A stretch of 63,948 bases of DNA, filler included, from Octopus bimaculoides (GCF_001194135.2; 4 parts of 3 records of this genome joined end to end with filler, not necessarily neighbours in it); one strand, 5' to 3'; positions 11,448 to 24,613 are shown, counted from the whole stretch's first letter. Made by a program: numbers and translations. Notes: generated by a model not told the origin, from the letters alone.

Positions 11448-12311
11448 GTGCGATAGGTAAATTGTCGCCATTTTATATTTTTTATTTCACGCATGCGCAT
11501 TGTTTGTTTTTGATTTTGTCAACTACACAGAATAGTACGGTCAGTTGGAAAACGGCTGTGAGAAAAACAGCACTATGACGCAATTCACTCTGCTAGAAAT
11601 TTGGAAACGACATGCTGTACTGCTTGGCATTCGCGCTGGAAGCTTCAATGCGAACAGATAATCAACACAGAACAACCGTTGGCTTGCTGTACCGAGAGTG
11701 ATAAAAACCAAACATCCAGTCAACATCATGATGTTTGGAGTGATCACTAGCAATGGCGACGCTATGCCTCTATTCATCTCCCCACAAGGCCTCAAACTTA
11801 ACACAGAGGCCTACATCAAGTGCTTGGAGGAGATAGTGCTGACGTGGGTCAAGAGGGTGGCTGCTGGAAGACCGTGTGCCTGGAAACAGGACTCTGCACC
11901 ATGCTACACAAGCAGGAGAACCCGGTCATGAGTGTCAGACAATTTCTGCGACCACATCACCCCTAACATCTGGCCACCTAACTCCCCAGACTGCAATCCC
12001 CTTGATTATTATGTGTGGGGTGCAGTTGAGCGAGAGACCAGCAAAACTTGCAACACCAAAGATGAACTGAAGGCAAGGATTATGGTAGCACTCACCTACT
12101 TAAACAAGGAGATTGTCCAGAAGATTGCAGGAGATTCCTATGTCGTCTGGAGACCGTGGTTGAAGCTGGTGGCAATTTTATTGAATAAATTTACTCTTTA
12201 GTATTTCAAGATATTTTTATGTAATTCAGGTAAATATATCTGTTAAAATGAGATGTTAGTGTTATTTTCATTTTTGCGTAATTTAGACGGCTATTTATTC
12301 ATTGTACATTG
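11446..12311 (+). mobile_element. Tc1/mariner superfamily DD37D (maT-type) element, internally deleted, dead
   Basis: TA then CAGTGCGATAGGTAAATTGTCGCC at the left end. WKQDSAPCYT..WPPNSPDCNPLDYYVW has 37 residues between the last two D; TGA at 11929-11931. Right TIR is degenerate, so the end is approximate. Confidence 0.85.
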
Positions 12312-12633
12312 TGCATGTGTATATATATATATATAAAATTTTCAGAATGAGATAAAAATCCAAGGCTGTGAAAGATTTTAGAACATTTATAAATAGAAGG
12401 TCTTACAGCTGGAGTATAACTATAGTCTGTCTATAGCACTTATTCAGTATTACCTGACACCTTTGGGTTTTATTGACACCGCTACCTCTCATAACCTCTC
12501 TCTTTCTCTCTCTCTCTCTATATATATATATATGTATATTACAATTAAAAGGGTAAAGGTTTATCAATTTATTAATTTATTAATAAATTAACAATTCATA
12601 ATTTTTACCAAGCCCTTCGGTATGAAAACACCA

Positions 12634-12665
<32 letters not shown>

Positions 12666-12745
12666 CAAAGTACAAAGTGTGTGAAAGATAAATAGATTCA
12701 TAGAAGATAGCTAGATGGATAGAGAGACGTACGTATGTGTTTTAT

Positions 12746-12787
<42 letters not shown>

Positions 12788-12851
12788 TGCATATATATAT
12801 GTGTGTATATACACACACACACTCACTCTCTCTCTCTCTTTCTCTCTCTTT

Positions 12852-12911
<60 letters not shown>

Positions 12912-13835
12912 AACGTATATATGACTGCGTGTTTGTGTTTATGCCCAGCGTTTATGTGGCTGCGGTTTGGCACTTGAGTTTTTAGCATTTAAAGGTCGAA
13001 TACTTTCGTACATTACCATTAGACAAGGATGCATTGTTGTGTGAAAGGCACTGGCCGATCAACAATTTGTTTTACAGTTGCTATAGTAACAATGATAAGA
13101 CAGCAAATGCCACTATATATGAAAGCTATATATATAGAAAAGAAATAGGCTACATACACACATACACACATAAGTACATACTTTATAACTTGTACTGAGT
13201 TCTCTTTCGATAGCTTATTTGACTAAATGCAGAAATATGCATATATACACGTTTGTCTATTTATAAGCCCGATTTGTTTGTATTCTAGTTATCATTAATA
13301 AAGTTTGAATTTTGTTCAATAACAATGAAGTGTTTCATTCCTCAGTTAACAGAAAAAGACACACGATACTTGAGTTTGTACTTTCTGGAATCTTACAGGG
13401 TTACTGCACGGCAATTAACTGTGTTTTTCTTTTTGGTCGCATTAAAGGAACAAGGAATACGTTTCCACATAAAGGGTTTATCGAGAAGAATTTTTCTCAA
13501 GGCTTTCAATATTTACTTTTAACAGATGCATCACGGTTGATATCAAATAACATATAGATTACACAGAAACGGGGAGACTTGCCGTAGACTCGAATCTAGG
13601 AATCATGAATTCGTAGTTACACATACACACGCACGCACACACATACATACATAAATAAATACATACATACATGCATATACATTATGTCCATCTTTCTTGT
13701 CCCCCTGGGCAATAAAATGATTAATTTTGTGCCAGTAATAAAATAATACTACGATTATGCCTTAGATCTGTTATTAAATTTCACGCCGAATTTTTTGTGG
13801 TATTTGTTACATTGTACTGTTAGTCTACATTACTC

Positions 13836-14057
13836 CATAAGGAGCATAGGACCGGTTTCCCGATTTCTCTGGCGCATATATCCCTTCGCGGACGAGATGC
13901 CGGTCAGTCACAGGATTATTAATTTTAACCGGCTCAGTGGACTGGAGCAATGTGAAATGCGGTGTTTTGCTTAAGAACAAAACGGATCGTCGGGTCCAGG
14001 AATCGAAGCCACACTCTTACGATCATGAGTCCAACATCTTAACCACAAATCCATGAT
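13836..14057 (-). mobile_element. SINE family D, near full length, diverged
   Basis: Matches 10856-10973 and extends further 3' (GGACGAGATGCCGGTC..CATAAGGAGCATAGG). Confidence 0.8.
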
Positions 14058-14429
14058 ATGAATCCTAGAAATTTTCGTTCGAAATCTAAAAAGTAGTAGC
14101 CAAATCACCCTCAAACTACTGTCATAAGAAATTAAAAGCACATTGAATAATGTGTAACTTGATACTCAGAATCCAAGAGAGGGATCGAATGGTTATGAAT
14201 GCAACGCCTTTGATCAAGTTTCTGTTGAGTCACGACTGAAAGGAGCTAAAAAGAATTAGCGACGACAAAATCATCAGATCGATCCGAACAATCAATATCA
14301 ACAAGAAGAATAACAACAAATGCAGCAACATATTACATGTCGATTCGACGAGAGAGGGTCTACGTGGATACCCAACCTGTTAGAAATAGTAACCAAATCT
14401 ACTTATATCACACTCTAGAGTACTAAAAG

Positions 14430-15620
14430 TAGAGAAGACAATAATCATTTATTTCATTTGGTTGCAGCTCGCTTCATATCTGCCTTTCGATACAGGGATA
14501 TGCTGGTAGAAAAGCTTACCCTGTTCATCGCTCCAGAGTCAGAGATGAATATAAAAATATATTTTGAGAGACATCCTACATGCCATTCTTTATTAAGATT
14601 TCAGGATGATATCCATCAGTTCACAATAATTTTCAGTTCTGTGGTTCGAAAAATGATTAAGTACTTCAACAAAACATTTCCATGTATACGATTTAGCATA
14701 GGCAAACTTCCACCCAGACATGCGACGCATAAATTCTTCGGATCTGTGATCCAGTAACAAATCCCACTACTAAGTTTTCATCTGCCACTATTCCATTGAA
14801 TTTGTCCTTTAAATAGTGAAATGCTAGTTATTGCACGCCCGTTGTCACGAACACTCGTTTAGTTCTAGATGACTAATTGTGTTTGTTCTTATCATCTCTG
14901 CTATTCAATAGATACAAAAAGTACATATGATTTGTATAGCCCGACATCAAACTGAGAAGCACTAAGGTCGATGCCACAAATATTTCATATGTGCTCCTTG
15001 TATTTGATGAGCCGTAACACTAATTCTACAGATTCGTAGCACTTATTAAGCCCAGATTCATGTCTTGCAGGTGTTGATAGGTCCTCATTGGTATTGTGCT
15101 ATAAGACAGCTTTAAAATCACGCTGTGAACGAAAATTCTCCACACTTTGGAATCATCTTTGCGACTCATCTCTTACATAAGCCCAATGATATCATTGTAG
15201 AAAGAAAAGCGCTTTTCATTTGTAAGTAAAAGGATGAAAACTTCATATACCGTTGGCAAAAATGGGGAAGTATTTTGTTTGACTGAAGAAAATTTCACTT
15301 TTGAAATTTCTAGTTAACAACTCTCTTTTATTTATTCCAAATAGTGCACCAAGTCTGCTTGATTTAGCAGATAAGAGAAACTATCTGCATCAGGTATGGG
15401 TTACCTTTCTCTTTCAATATCACAAACTGAATCTTCAGAAGGACTACTTTCAAATCAACGTCCAGAATTTACCTCGAAGCATTTATTTGTTTTCTGTAAC
15501 AAAATATTTATTACTTGGTGTAATATAACACCACACCTGGAATACAAAATTAAATACAAAGTCCGGAATGATATGCCCCAAACTTATCGCACCTCTTATT
15601 TCGAACACATATTTGAGATT
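14430..15620 (-). pseudogene. Decayed DNA transposase resembling Chapaev3/CMC (Transib-RAG1-related group)
   Basis: Collinear minus-strand peptides with stops and frameshifts: VWRIFVHS (15145-15122), GYTNHMYFL (14942-14917), LAFHYLKDKF..GSQIRR (from 14827), MACRMSLKIYF (14585-14553), SDEQGKLFYQHI (14531-14497). Family assignment is from recalled motifs. Confidence 0.65.
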
Positions 15621-15854
15621 CAATCTTAAAACTATAAAGTTCAAAGTATCAAATCACCAAACCTGTTATTAAAACATACAATAGCATTATCACATCCGAA
15701 TCCAATAATCCTTCCAGAATCTAAAGCGCTGAATTGCTAAAATCTGAAGAAACAAATACATCTTATCGTTCAGATACCAGGATGTAGAACTTTCACAGAT
15801 CGCTTGTTTGAATGAATTTTCACGCAAATTATTAGCTGTTAAAATAATCTTATT

Positions 15855-15935
15855 TCTCCGTCGATTTGTTCGACTAAACCTTCCATGGCGGTTCCCAGCA
15901 TGGTCGAACTCCAATGACTGAAGCAAGTAAAAGAT
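15855..15935 (+). mobile_element. SINE family B, 3' terminal fragment
   Basis: TCGATTTGTTCGACTAAA..CCAGCATGG..AATGACTGAAGCAAGTAAAAGATAAAAG. Confidence 0.7.
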
Positions 15936-16953
15936 AAAAGAAGATATCTTTAATGAAATATTTGTAGGATATTCACAATAATTTCATACTATCTACTGTG
16001 AAGAAAATAGAAGCATTGCAAAATATCTCCGAACAACTCCTTTTGGACGAGATACAAATGTTCAGTTTATGAGTTGAATCTAAAGAAAACAATCGTTAGA
16101 TATTTATATATTTGACGATATGTATATTGATCTTCTGTCGTTTTCAAAAATGTTTTGCAACAAGGAAAGAATCAATCTCCTGGAAATAACATTTTTCCAT
16201 CTCATTTTCAAATTCATTAAAGTTGTGCGTATTTATACTATCCAGCTAATGTATTGATTCTGTAATTCTTGTTTCATGCGATACGTATAACTCTAACCAT
16301 GAAAGCTTCCTCCTTAAACAATTGGGAGGTAGAGTTAATTGGTTACCCTGTTTATCACCAAAACCTGAGCCTTGGGTACCTATCGGCAAGCATCAGGCTA
16401 GATCTCCAATCTGAAAACAACTACCTCCTTTTCTTCCATGAGACATCGAGGTCCTGAACATGCTCATGGTGTCTGCACTTCCTTTTCTGACTAAGTAATT
16501 AAAAAAAAAGCTATAAACAATTGGTAACTCATTAAAGATTATATGTTCAGCATGAACTTATAATTAAGCTGCAAAAACAGCAGGTTCTGCGACAACATTT
16601 TGTTTTCTCTCTGATTAACACTTTTAGTTTTTCGATTACGTTTTCAGATAGATCATTCAACCCTGCCAGATAGGGAACCATTCCAACTATACATGTTACT
16701 TTTTACTTGTTTTCCATCGATGGACTTGCAGCAGGTTCTGTGGGTGATGTGGTTTATAGCAGTCGCTACTAAGTTAATTAATTTTAAAGTTTTAATTAAT
16801 TAAAATGTTTCATCAATTTAATTAAAATTAGATTGTGTTTGTTAAGTACGCGAAAATTGTAGAAAAATTCTATAGCAGTAGTGGTTTTTCTATTACCACT
16901 CAGACAATCCTTCAACCGATTAACAAGGATTGCAGACTGTTTTTATAACATAA

Positions 16954-17008
<55 letters not shown>

Positions 17009-17429
17009 NNNNNNNNNNNNNNNNNNNNNNNNNNNNNNNNNNNNNNNNNNNNNNNNNNNNNNNNNNNNNNNNNNNNNNNNNNNNNNNNNNNNNNNNNNNN
17101 NNNNNNNNNNNNNNNNNNNNNNNNNNNNNNNNNNNNNNNNNNNNNNNNNNNNNNNNNNNNNNNNNNNNNNNNNNNNNNNNNNNNNNNNNNNNNNNNNNNN
17201 NNNNNNNNNNNNNNNNNNNNNNNNNNNNNNNNNNNNNNNNNNNNNNNNNNNNNNNNNNNNNNNNNNNNNNNNNNNNNNNNNNNNNNNNNNNNNNNNNNNN
17301 NNNNNNNNNNNNNNNNNNNNNNNNNNNNNNNNNNNNNNNNNNNNNNNNNNNNNNNNNNNNNNNNNNNNNNNNNNNNNNNNNNNNNNNNNNNNNNNNNNNN
17401 NNNNNNNNNNNNNNNNNNNNNNNNNNNNN

Positions 17430-17506
<77 letters not shown>

Positions 17507-18158
17507 TTTCTCTGTCTTTCTCTACTATATATATATATGGTCTCTCCCCTCCTCCTTTCTCATGCATTGCACTTTAACATAGACTTCTATGATTATTTTT
17601 AATATATTTCAGATCATTAGCCAGAAGACTAATCCAAAGGTTTCCTGCGTTCATCTTGTTATTTAGCTACAGGCCAGACATTCTCAACCAGACTTGTAAG
17701 GAAAGACATTCAAGCAATGAGCATCCCATCTGAATTTTTCCGATTCAGTATATTTAGGTTTATTGTATTCTTCAATATATCTTTCTCTTTCCTATTAAGA
17801 CAGTGAAGTACAATCTCTGGAGTGTATTCGTGATACTGTTTTCTTCCAGTCTCAGCGACCACGGAAAGGCCTCAACCAACTGTTCCTCATTGGTGTTATT
17901 CCTTTAATGTTCTTTTTGTTACTGGTGTTGTCTTCGTCATCGTCATCCTCAACAGCATCATCGTTGTTGTTATCATGATTCAGTCTCAAGTCAACTTCGA
18001 CTCAGCACACCTATGTTCGAAGACCGTTTCTTTTTTCAGGTGTATGCCGACCAACATAATCCAGCACATTATTTTCTCCGCTTTCTTTTTTAATATGTAA
18101 GGGTGTTCATGATTCGAGAGATATTTGGCTGTTATATATATATATATATATATATATA

Positions 18159-19016
18159 TTAGGTCATCCCATAAATTATGCGGTTTTTTTCAATTACATG
18201 AACTAAAAATTGGTGGGTGACGGGATAAACTACCTACATCCACTTGGTATAAAATCAGAAGCAGGTAGTAATTTTACCTTGTACTTACTTTCTTATTGCA
18301 AGTTTTGAACAGTACAGTTCTATTCTAGCAGTTATTTTTTCAAAGCTATTATGGAAGCGACAAATTCGGAATATTTTGCTTTATGAGTTCAATAAAGGCA
18401 ACAGCTGGACGGAAAGTGCAAGGAATACTAATGCACTATATGGGGATCGGACAATAAGCGTGAGCCAGTGTCAACGGTTGTTCCAGAAATTTCGAGCCGG
18501 AAAAAACAGCATGAAAGATCTGTAGAGCTCGATGAGGATGTCCAACAAACACTGATGGAACAAAATCCCATTGTAACTGTTGAAGAACTAACAGAGAAGC
18601 TTCGATTTGGTCATTCAACCAGTCATTCAAGTCAGTGCTAAAAGAAAAACGACCATCTTTGGTTTCAAGACGAAAGGTGTTCTTCCAGCAGGATAATGCT
18701 CGGCCGCATACAGCAAGGACGACATTCCAACGGCTGGAGCAGTTTCTGATTATCATTTATTCTGCAGTCTTCAAAATCATTTGGACGGAAAAAATATGAA
18801 TTCTGTAGAAGAGGTCTGAACAGTACTGGAGAAGTATTTTTCGTCACAGACAACTAAATTTTGGAAGAGGAGCCTTACAAGCCTACCAGATAGATGGAAA
18901 AGCATTGTAGAAAATGAAGGAGAGTATATAGATTAAAAACGAACTTTGTTTATCTTAATTTTGAAAAATAAAAGAGGTACAAAAAAGACCGCATTATTTA
19001 TTATGGGATGACCTAA
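18159..19016 (+). mobile_element. mariner (DD34D-type) deletion derivative with near-perfect TIRs
   Basis: TIRs TTAGGTCATCCCATAA.. and ..TTATGGGATGACCTAA, inserted at the end of a (TA)n. Residual peptides LLYEFNKGNS..ARN, FQQDNARPHTA, SDYHLFCSLQNHLDGK, LPDRWKSIVENEGEYI. Confidence 0.93.
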
Positions 19017-19017
19017 C

Positions 19018-19099
<82 letters not shown>

Positions 19100-20039
19100 G
19101 TATGTAAGTACGTATGTATGTATATATGTATTTATTTTTTTACTTTATAGTCTTCTTCAGACGCTATTTGACAACCAATGATTATACACACGAATGTTAA
19201 ATTCGTAATACAGGTTCATATATATATACATATGTATTTGTTTATATGGTAGGTAGGTCAATCGGTAAGAAAGATAAATGGCAACAAATAACAGCAGCTA
19301 AATATCGATTATAAGCCAGTGATTAAGCGCTGCAGCTTAAGGAAGATATTGTCAGTTACACTTGGCCGACAGATTACTAGAGCTATCAGTAGATCTAAAT
19401 ACTTACTGATGGTCTGAGTCAAATTATAAACACTTGAGATATCAGTCGTATGTTTGTAAGCTCAATCAAACATATTTCTTTGCGTTAGCTTCACAAAGAG
19501 GAATACAGTTAATAACACTATTGGTAACAACAGGACAACAGGGTGGCTTTCTATGCTATTGCCACTCACTGACTGGTTGCAAATAGCAAAACAAATACCA
19601 CTCAAATTACACCCTGTCTGGAAGAGACGCAAAATTACACACGCAATGCACACACGCATGCACCCACGCGCGCACATGACAAAAAGAAGAGAGAGAGAGA
19701 GAGAGAGAGTCGAGAACAGAAACTAGCTCACGAAATATTTTTTTTTCATTTTCTCTCTCACACACACACACGTGTTTGTAAATAGATATACACATAAAGT
19801 AATGTAAGAGAAGAGCATGATAAGTGCTCGGGTTGGTTTACAACTAAAACTCCGACTTAAACTGCAACTGCAAACAAAAGGGGAAAAAAGCTGCTTAGCA
19901 ATGAACGGCAATAAGTGGTTCATCACTAAGTGGGTAGATATAAATTAAAATTTGAAACCAATATATATGGTTGTACACTTATGCATATATATATANNNNN
20001 NNNNNNNNNNNNNNNNNNNNNNNNNNNNNNNNNNNNNNN

Positions 20040-20051
20040 TTAATTAATTAA
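20040..20051. other. Artificial scaffold spacer N44-TTAATTAATTAA-N44 (also at 48654-48665 and 61873-61884)
   Basis: Three identical 100-bp constructs; the 12-mer has TAA in all six frames. Confidence 0.92.
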
Positions 20052-20957
20052 NNNNNNNNNNNNNNNNNNNNNNNNNNNNNNNNNNNNNNNNNNNNATATA
20101 TATATATATATATATATTGTTGTCATTATTTATTTTTGCTTGCAATAGCCGGTTCTTTTGGTCAAACTATCTCCAGCTGCTTCAGATGCCAAAATATGAA
20201 AATTGTCAAAGTGTAGTACAACGGTTTAACGTTTTTCGAAAGTATAGTAAGTCCTACGAATGACAGTTTTTCAAAAATATTTCTCACTAAAAATGGAGTT
20301 ATGATTTTATGCACCCAACAACGTTTTGCTGTTAAGCTGAAACTGTCGCTAATGTAAAAAGAAATGGAATGGTGAAACTAGTTTTTCGTTTTCTGAAAAA
20401 AACTAACGTCTTGGACTTACGACACTTTTGCATAATAGCAACGATATATACATACATGCTTCTTGATAGTTACGATTCTAGATTACATGTTTTCAATTCT
20501 TTATTTCTTTTTCAAAATTATTTGACATTTTCTGTATCATTTCATTTTGTGCTTTTTGAAGGAAAGGTTAGCATTTCTTTTGATTAACTTTTTCACCCAA
20601 TTTAGGCAAAACGAAACATATTTTTTTAATATTGTTATTGTTAATTGACATTTAAAACACAACTTTGGTGAGAACCCATCCCGTTCAAATTTGACAGCTT
20701 CCCAGAAAATAAATAAAGTCTCACAAAAGACAAAGAATGATAAACAAATGTAACGTAAGATAGAGCAATTTTAGTGAGTGGGGGGAATATATTTTCCTTT
20801 GTTTTTCGTTCAGAAGTAGATAGAGTTAAACGACTCACTAATGAGTTACAATGAGGGGGAAAAAAACGAAATCCACAACACAGGGCTTGCAAACACGGGT
20901 GGGTATATACGTTATATGTAAGTGTTCGTATGACTACGTGCTGGTGTGTGTGTATAT

Positions 20958-20993
<36 letters not shown>

Positions 20994-21360
20994 ATTTATG
21001 CATACATGTTTTATATGTATAGTATATCTGATGTATACATTTAGATATACAACTGCTAATCTTGAGTTTAAGGGCTACACGTACAGTAGCATCAGCCAGT
21101 CTGCATCCAGTACAGTGGTTTTATTTGTTACTATACTTCGTAGTATTATTAGTCAGAATACGCATAAACTCAAGTTTATATTATTTCTTCCCTACGTATG
21201 TTTCAGCGTTGTGGTTGTTTGAAAGCTTTGCATTGAACGTTCCAAGTGCAATTAGTAGCTGAAGCTCAACGGAACATCAGGCTACAATTTCATTGCATTA
21301 AGTTACAGAGAAATATGTGTGTGTGTATGTGTGTGTGTGTATGTGTGTGTGTGTGTGTGT

Positions 21361-21401
<41 letters not shown>

Positions 21402-21524
21402 TGTGTGTGTTTGTGTGTGCGTTGCGTGCATAGTCGCAGGTGTGGCTGTGTGGTAAGAGGTGTAGGAGCACTGTTGACCTTTGGCAGAGCAGTTATCCAT
21501 CTATGCGCGATTCGTTTTGTGTAG

Positions 21525-21616
21525 CGAACCGATTTACTTCGCGCATTAATACACACAGCCACCTGTCGTGAAGCGCGGGAAGATGTTTCCTCAGTTCTCG
21601 TCAGATCTCCAGGAGA
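21525..21616 (+). CDS. Candidate internal exon of an unidentified host gene (RTDLLRALIHTATCREAREDVSSVLVRSPG)
   Basis: ttcgttttgtgtag acceptor, GA|gtaaga donor, open frame, GC/CpG-rich island in unique DNA. No homology recognised, and a minus-strand frame is also open. Confidence 0.3.
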
Positions 21617-21940
21617 GTAAGACCTATTGTCAATGTTTCTGTCTGAACTCAATTCGACGTGGAAAATATCTGACGGACAAACATTCTTGAACGTAATAAT
21701 TGATTATGTGACTATTCTCCCTCTCCCTCTGTTTTCTTACTCTATCATACTCTCATTCACTCTCTCTATGTACGATGGAAAGCGTGACTGGAAATGCCAA
21801 CCAACCAACCAACCAACCAACCAACCAGCCAACCAGCCAACCAGCCAACCAGCCAACCAATAAGCCAATATTTATATCGGTGATTATTATATAGAGATGC
21901 TATCACAATCGTACGAACCTCCCAGAAACAGAGCTAATAA

Positions 21941-22136
21941 TTATTTCTTTATTGCCCACAAGAGGCTAAACATTGAGGGGACAAACAAGGACAGACAAAG
22001 GGATTAAGTCGATTACATCGACCCCGAAAGGATGAAAGGCAAAGTCGACCTCAGCGGAATTTGAACTCAGAACGCAAAAACAGACGAAATACCGCTAAGC
22101 ATTTCGTCCGGTGTGCTAACGTTTCTGTCAGATCGC
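21941..22136 (-). mobile_element. SINE family A with an internal deletion
   Basis: Matches 10602-10838 but lacks the segment between the two ATCGACCCC repeats. Confidence 0.9.
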
Positions 22137-23051
22137 TAATAATAAGATTAACAAAGCTTCATATTCTGGCATTTCGTTGTACATCATTATCTTGTCGTTG
22201 AAAGGAACTTTGTATCTTCTTGAGATCTACATAGCGATATTAGTTTTTTTTTTTTTTCATTTTTAGCTTCTCTTTTTTTAGAGCTTTGCTCCTCTTAGGC
22301 AGAACATTCAAGTAAAGAAGAAGATCGGAGATAAAGTGCGATCTAACCAAATTCTGAACAGCGTAGCAAAGAACAGATAAACACAGTCAGAAGAACGACC
22401 AAATGTCAGGAAAAGAAGTTCAAACAGAAAAATACTTAAAATGGCTTCAAAACTTAATTTTTCTTTTCTTTTCATGTTGAGGTCATCGTCTTGAAATCAG
22501 TTCCACATGAAAGTAAAGTTATGTAAGTATCGTTATCGAAGATAATAATTGAGTAATAATTCTGCTGTCATTCTTACAAAGCGAAAAGTTCAAATTTGCA
22601 TGATGTGACGTGAAAACTGTTCCGAGCCAAGCAGTATGTATTATATTCATTTTTGTATTTATGGAATTCAAAAAGAGAAAATTCCAATTTTTTATACGTA
22701 ATAGCATCATCATCTCGAGGAAGAGCAAATCTATCATCATCACCATCATTATCATTATCATTATTGTTATTATTATTGTTATTATCATTATTATTATTGT
22801 TGTTGTTATTATTATTATTATTGTTTTTCTTTTCCTCTTTCTTCAAATTTCCTTCCATTTCTCGCCGAGTGTTTTCCATACACCTAGGGCAGAGAAGCTC
22901 ATTGTATGCATTCCCAGTTTACACACGCAAAATCACAGGTAAAATATACTCAATTCAAATTCCCAATTCAAATTCCACCACCATCGACTTCGCCTTTCAT
23001 CCTTTCGGGTGAAACCCCCAAATTGCTGCCCGTGTGGAAAAATTTTAAAGT

Positions 23052-23108
23052 ATTCTTCTTCTTCTTCTTCTTCTTCTTCTTCTTCTTCTTCTTCTTCTTC
23101 TTCTTCTT

Positions 23109-23202
<94 letters not shown>

Positions 23203-23228
23203 TTATTATTATTATCATCATCATTATT
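23052..23228. repeat. (TTC)n(TTA)n microsatellite at the 3' end of the adjacent LINE
   Basis: Direct read. Confidence 0.95.
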
Positions 23229-23231
23229 GCT

Positions 23232-23640
23232 TTTGCATAGCTTCTAACGTTGGAGATGTACTACGGTGTCAGCTGTTCACTACCAGTGAACTAAGGTAAC
23301 ACCTCTTATTTTTCGAGCACCTGCCGGAGTAATAAGCGGTTCCAAGCAGTGCTGTTTTCTGCAAGTGCTCCACCCTTATTGCAGTCCCTATTTCTTCCAT
23401 ATACTTCTCAAGAGTTTTACTCACTGTTCCCAGGTCTTCGACAATTATTGGTACTACTACAACCTTTTTCATCGATCACAACAGCTTAACCTCCTAAGCT
23501 AACCTGTTATATCTATCGACTTTTCTTTCTTCCTTATTGCATACCTTGTTGTCAGCTGGGCATGCTATATCTATGATCCAGCATCGTTTACTTTCTTTCT
23601 CAATTAAGACTATGTCTGGCTGATATTTCTATAATTAATT
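23232..23640 (-). pseudogene. RLE-type non-LTR retrotransposon 3' fragment (R4/Dong/NeSL-like)
   Basis: Minus strand QPDIVLIEKK..IDIACPADNKVCNKEEEKVDRY..KVVVVPIIVEDLGTVSKTLEKYMEEIG..EHLQKTALLGTA (PD-(D/E)xK endonuclease region), with frameshifts and stops. Confidence 0.82.
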
Positions 23641-24334
23641 GCTCAAGACACAACTGTGAAATGACAGATATATAGATAGATAAGTTTCATCATATACTTC
23701 GCTTCGGCTTACTGATATAAATATTTAAAGTCCAGAGCATGATGACAAGAAAACAGTTTGGAAAACAATAAAGACATAAAATCGAAAGAATAATTGTTAA
23801 TCTACATAACAGTTAACGAGGAGATAATGGCCGTCGTTGTTTTGTTGTTGTTGTTGTGGTTTTTGGCGATGTTGTTTTTGTTGTTGTCGTGGTTGTTGAG
23901 TGACTTGTGAGAGCCCAAGGCGAATTTAGTTCCCAGTAATATTATTCTGTCCTTCTGTAAAGATAGGTTTGAAGAAAAAGGAGAGGAATAAAAACATAAG
24001 GAAAAGAGAGCAAAAAAAAAAAAAAAAAATTAAGAATAAAAATAATTTGAAAAGAAAAAAAAATGATTGTGTTGAAGAAGAGTCAAAGAAAATCTAATGA
24101 TTCAAAAGTAAAGAACGAAAGAAGAAAAATAAATGAGAATTAAAAAGTGATGTAGAGAGAAGAAACAAAGCAATAGAGAGATCAAGAAAAGAGAAGGAAC
24201 AGGGGTGGGGGTGGGGGTAGGGATGAAAGAAAATAACTGAAATAACGAATGTCTGTCATGAAATAAAGATATTGACTATACACAAACACCTACACACACC
24301 TCTATATATGAATACATATATATATATGTGTGTG

Positions 24335-24369
<35 letters not shown>

Positions 24370-24582
24370 ATATATATGTTTGTGTATGTATATATATATA
24401 TATATGCAGGGTGAAAGAGAGACAGAGAGAGGGAGAAAGAAAGATAGATATATATGGAGACATACAAACATGCATACATACATACGTAAACACACCTATA
24501 CAGACATATGTATATATGTGAATACACACACGCACACACACAAACATACACACATATCTATAAATTCCTTGAGTGAGTGAGT

Positions 24583-24613
<31 letters not shown>

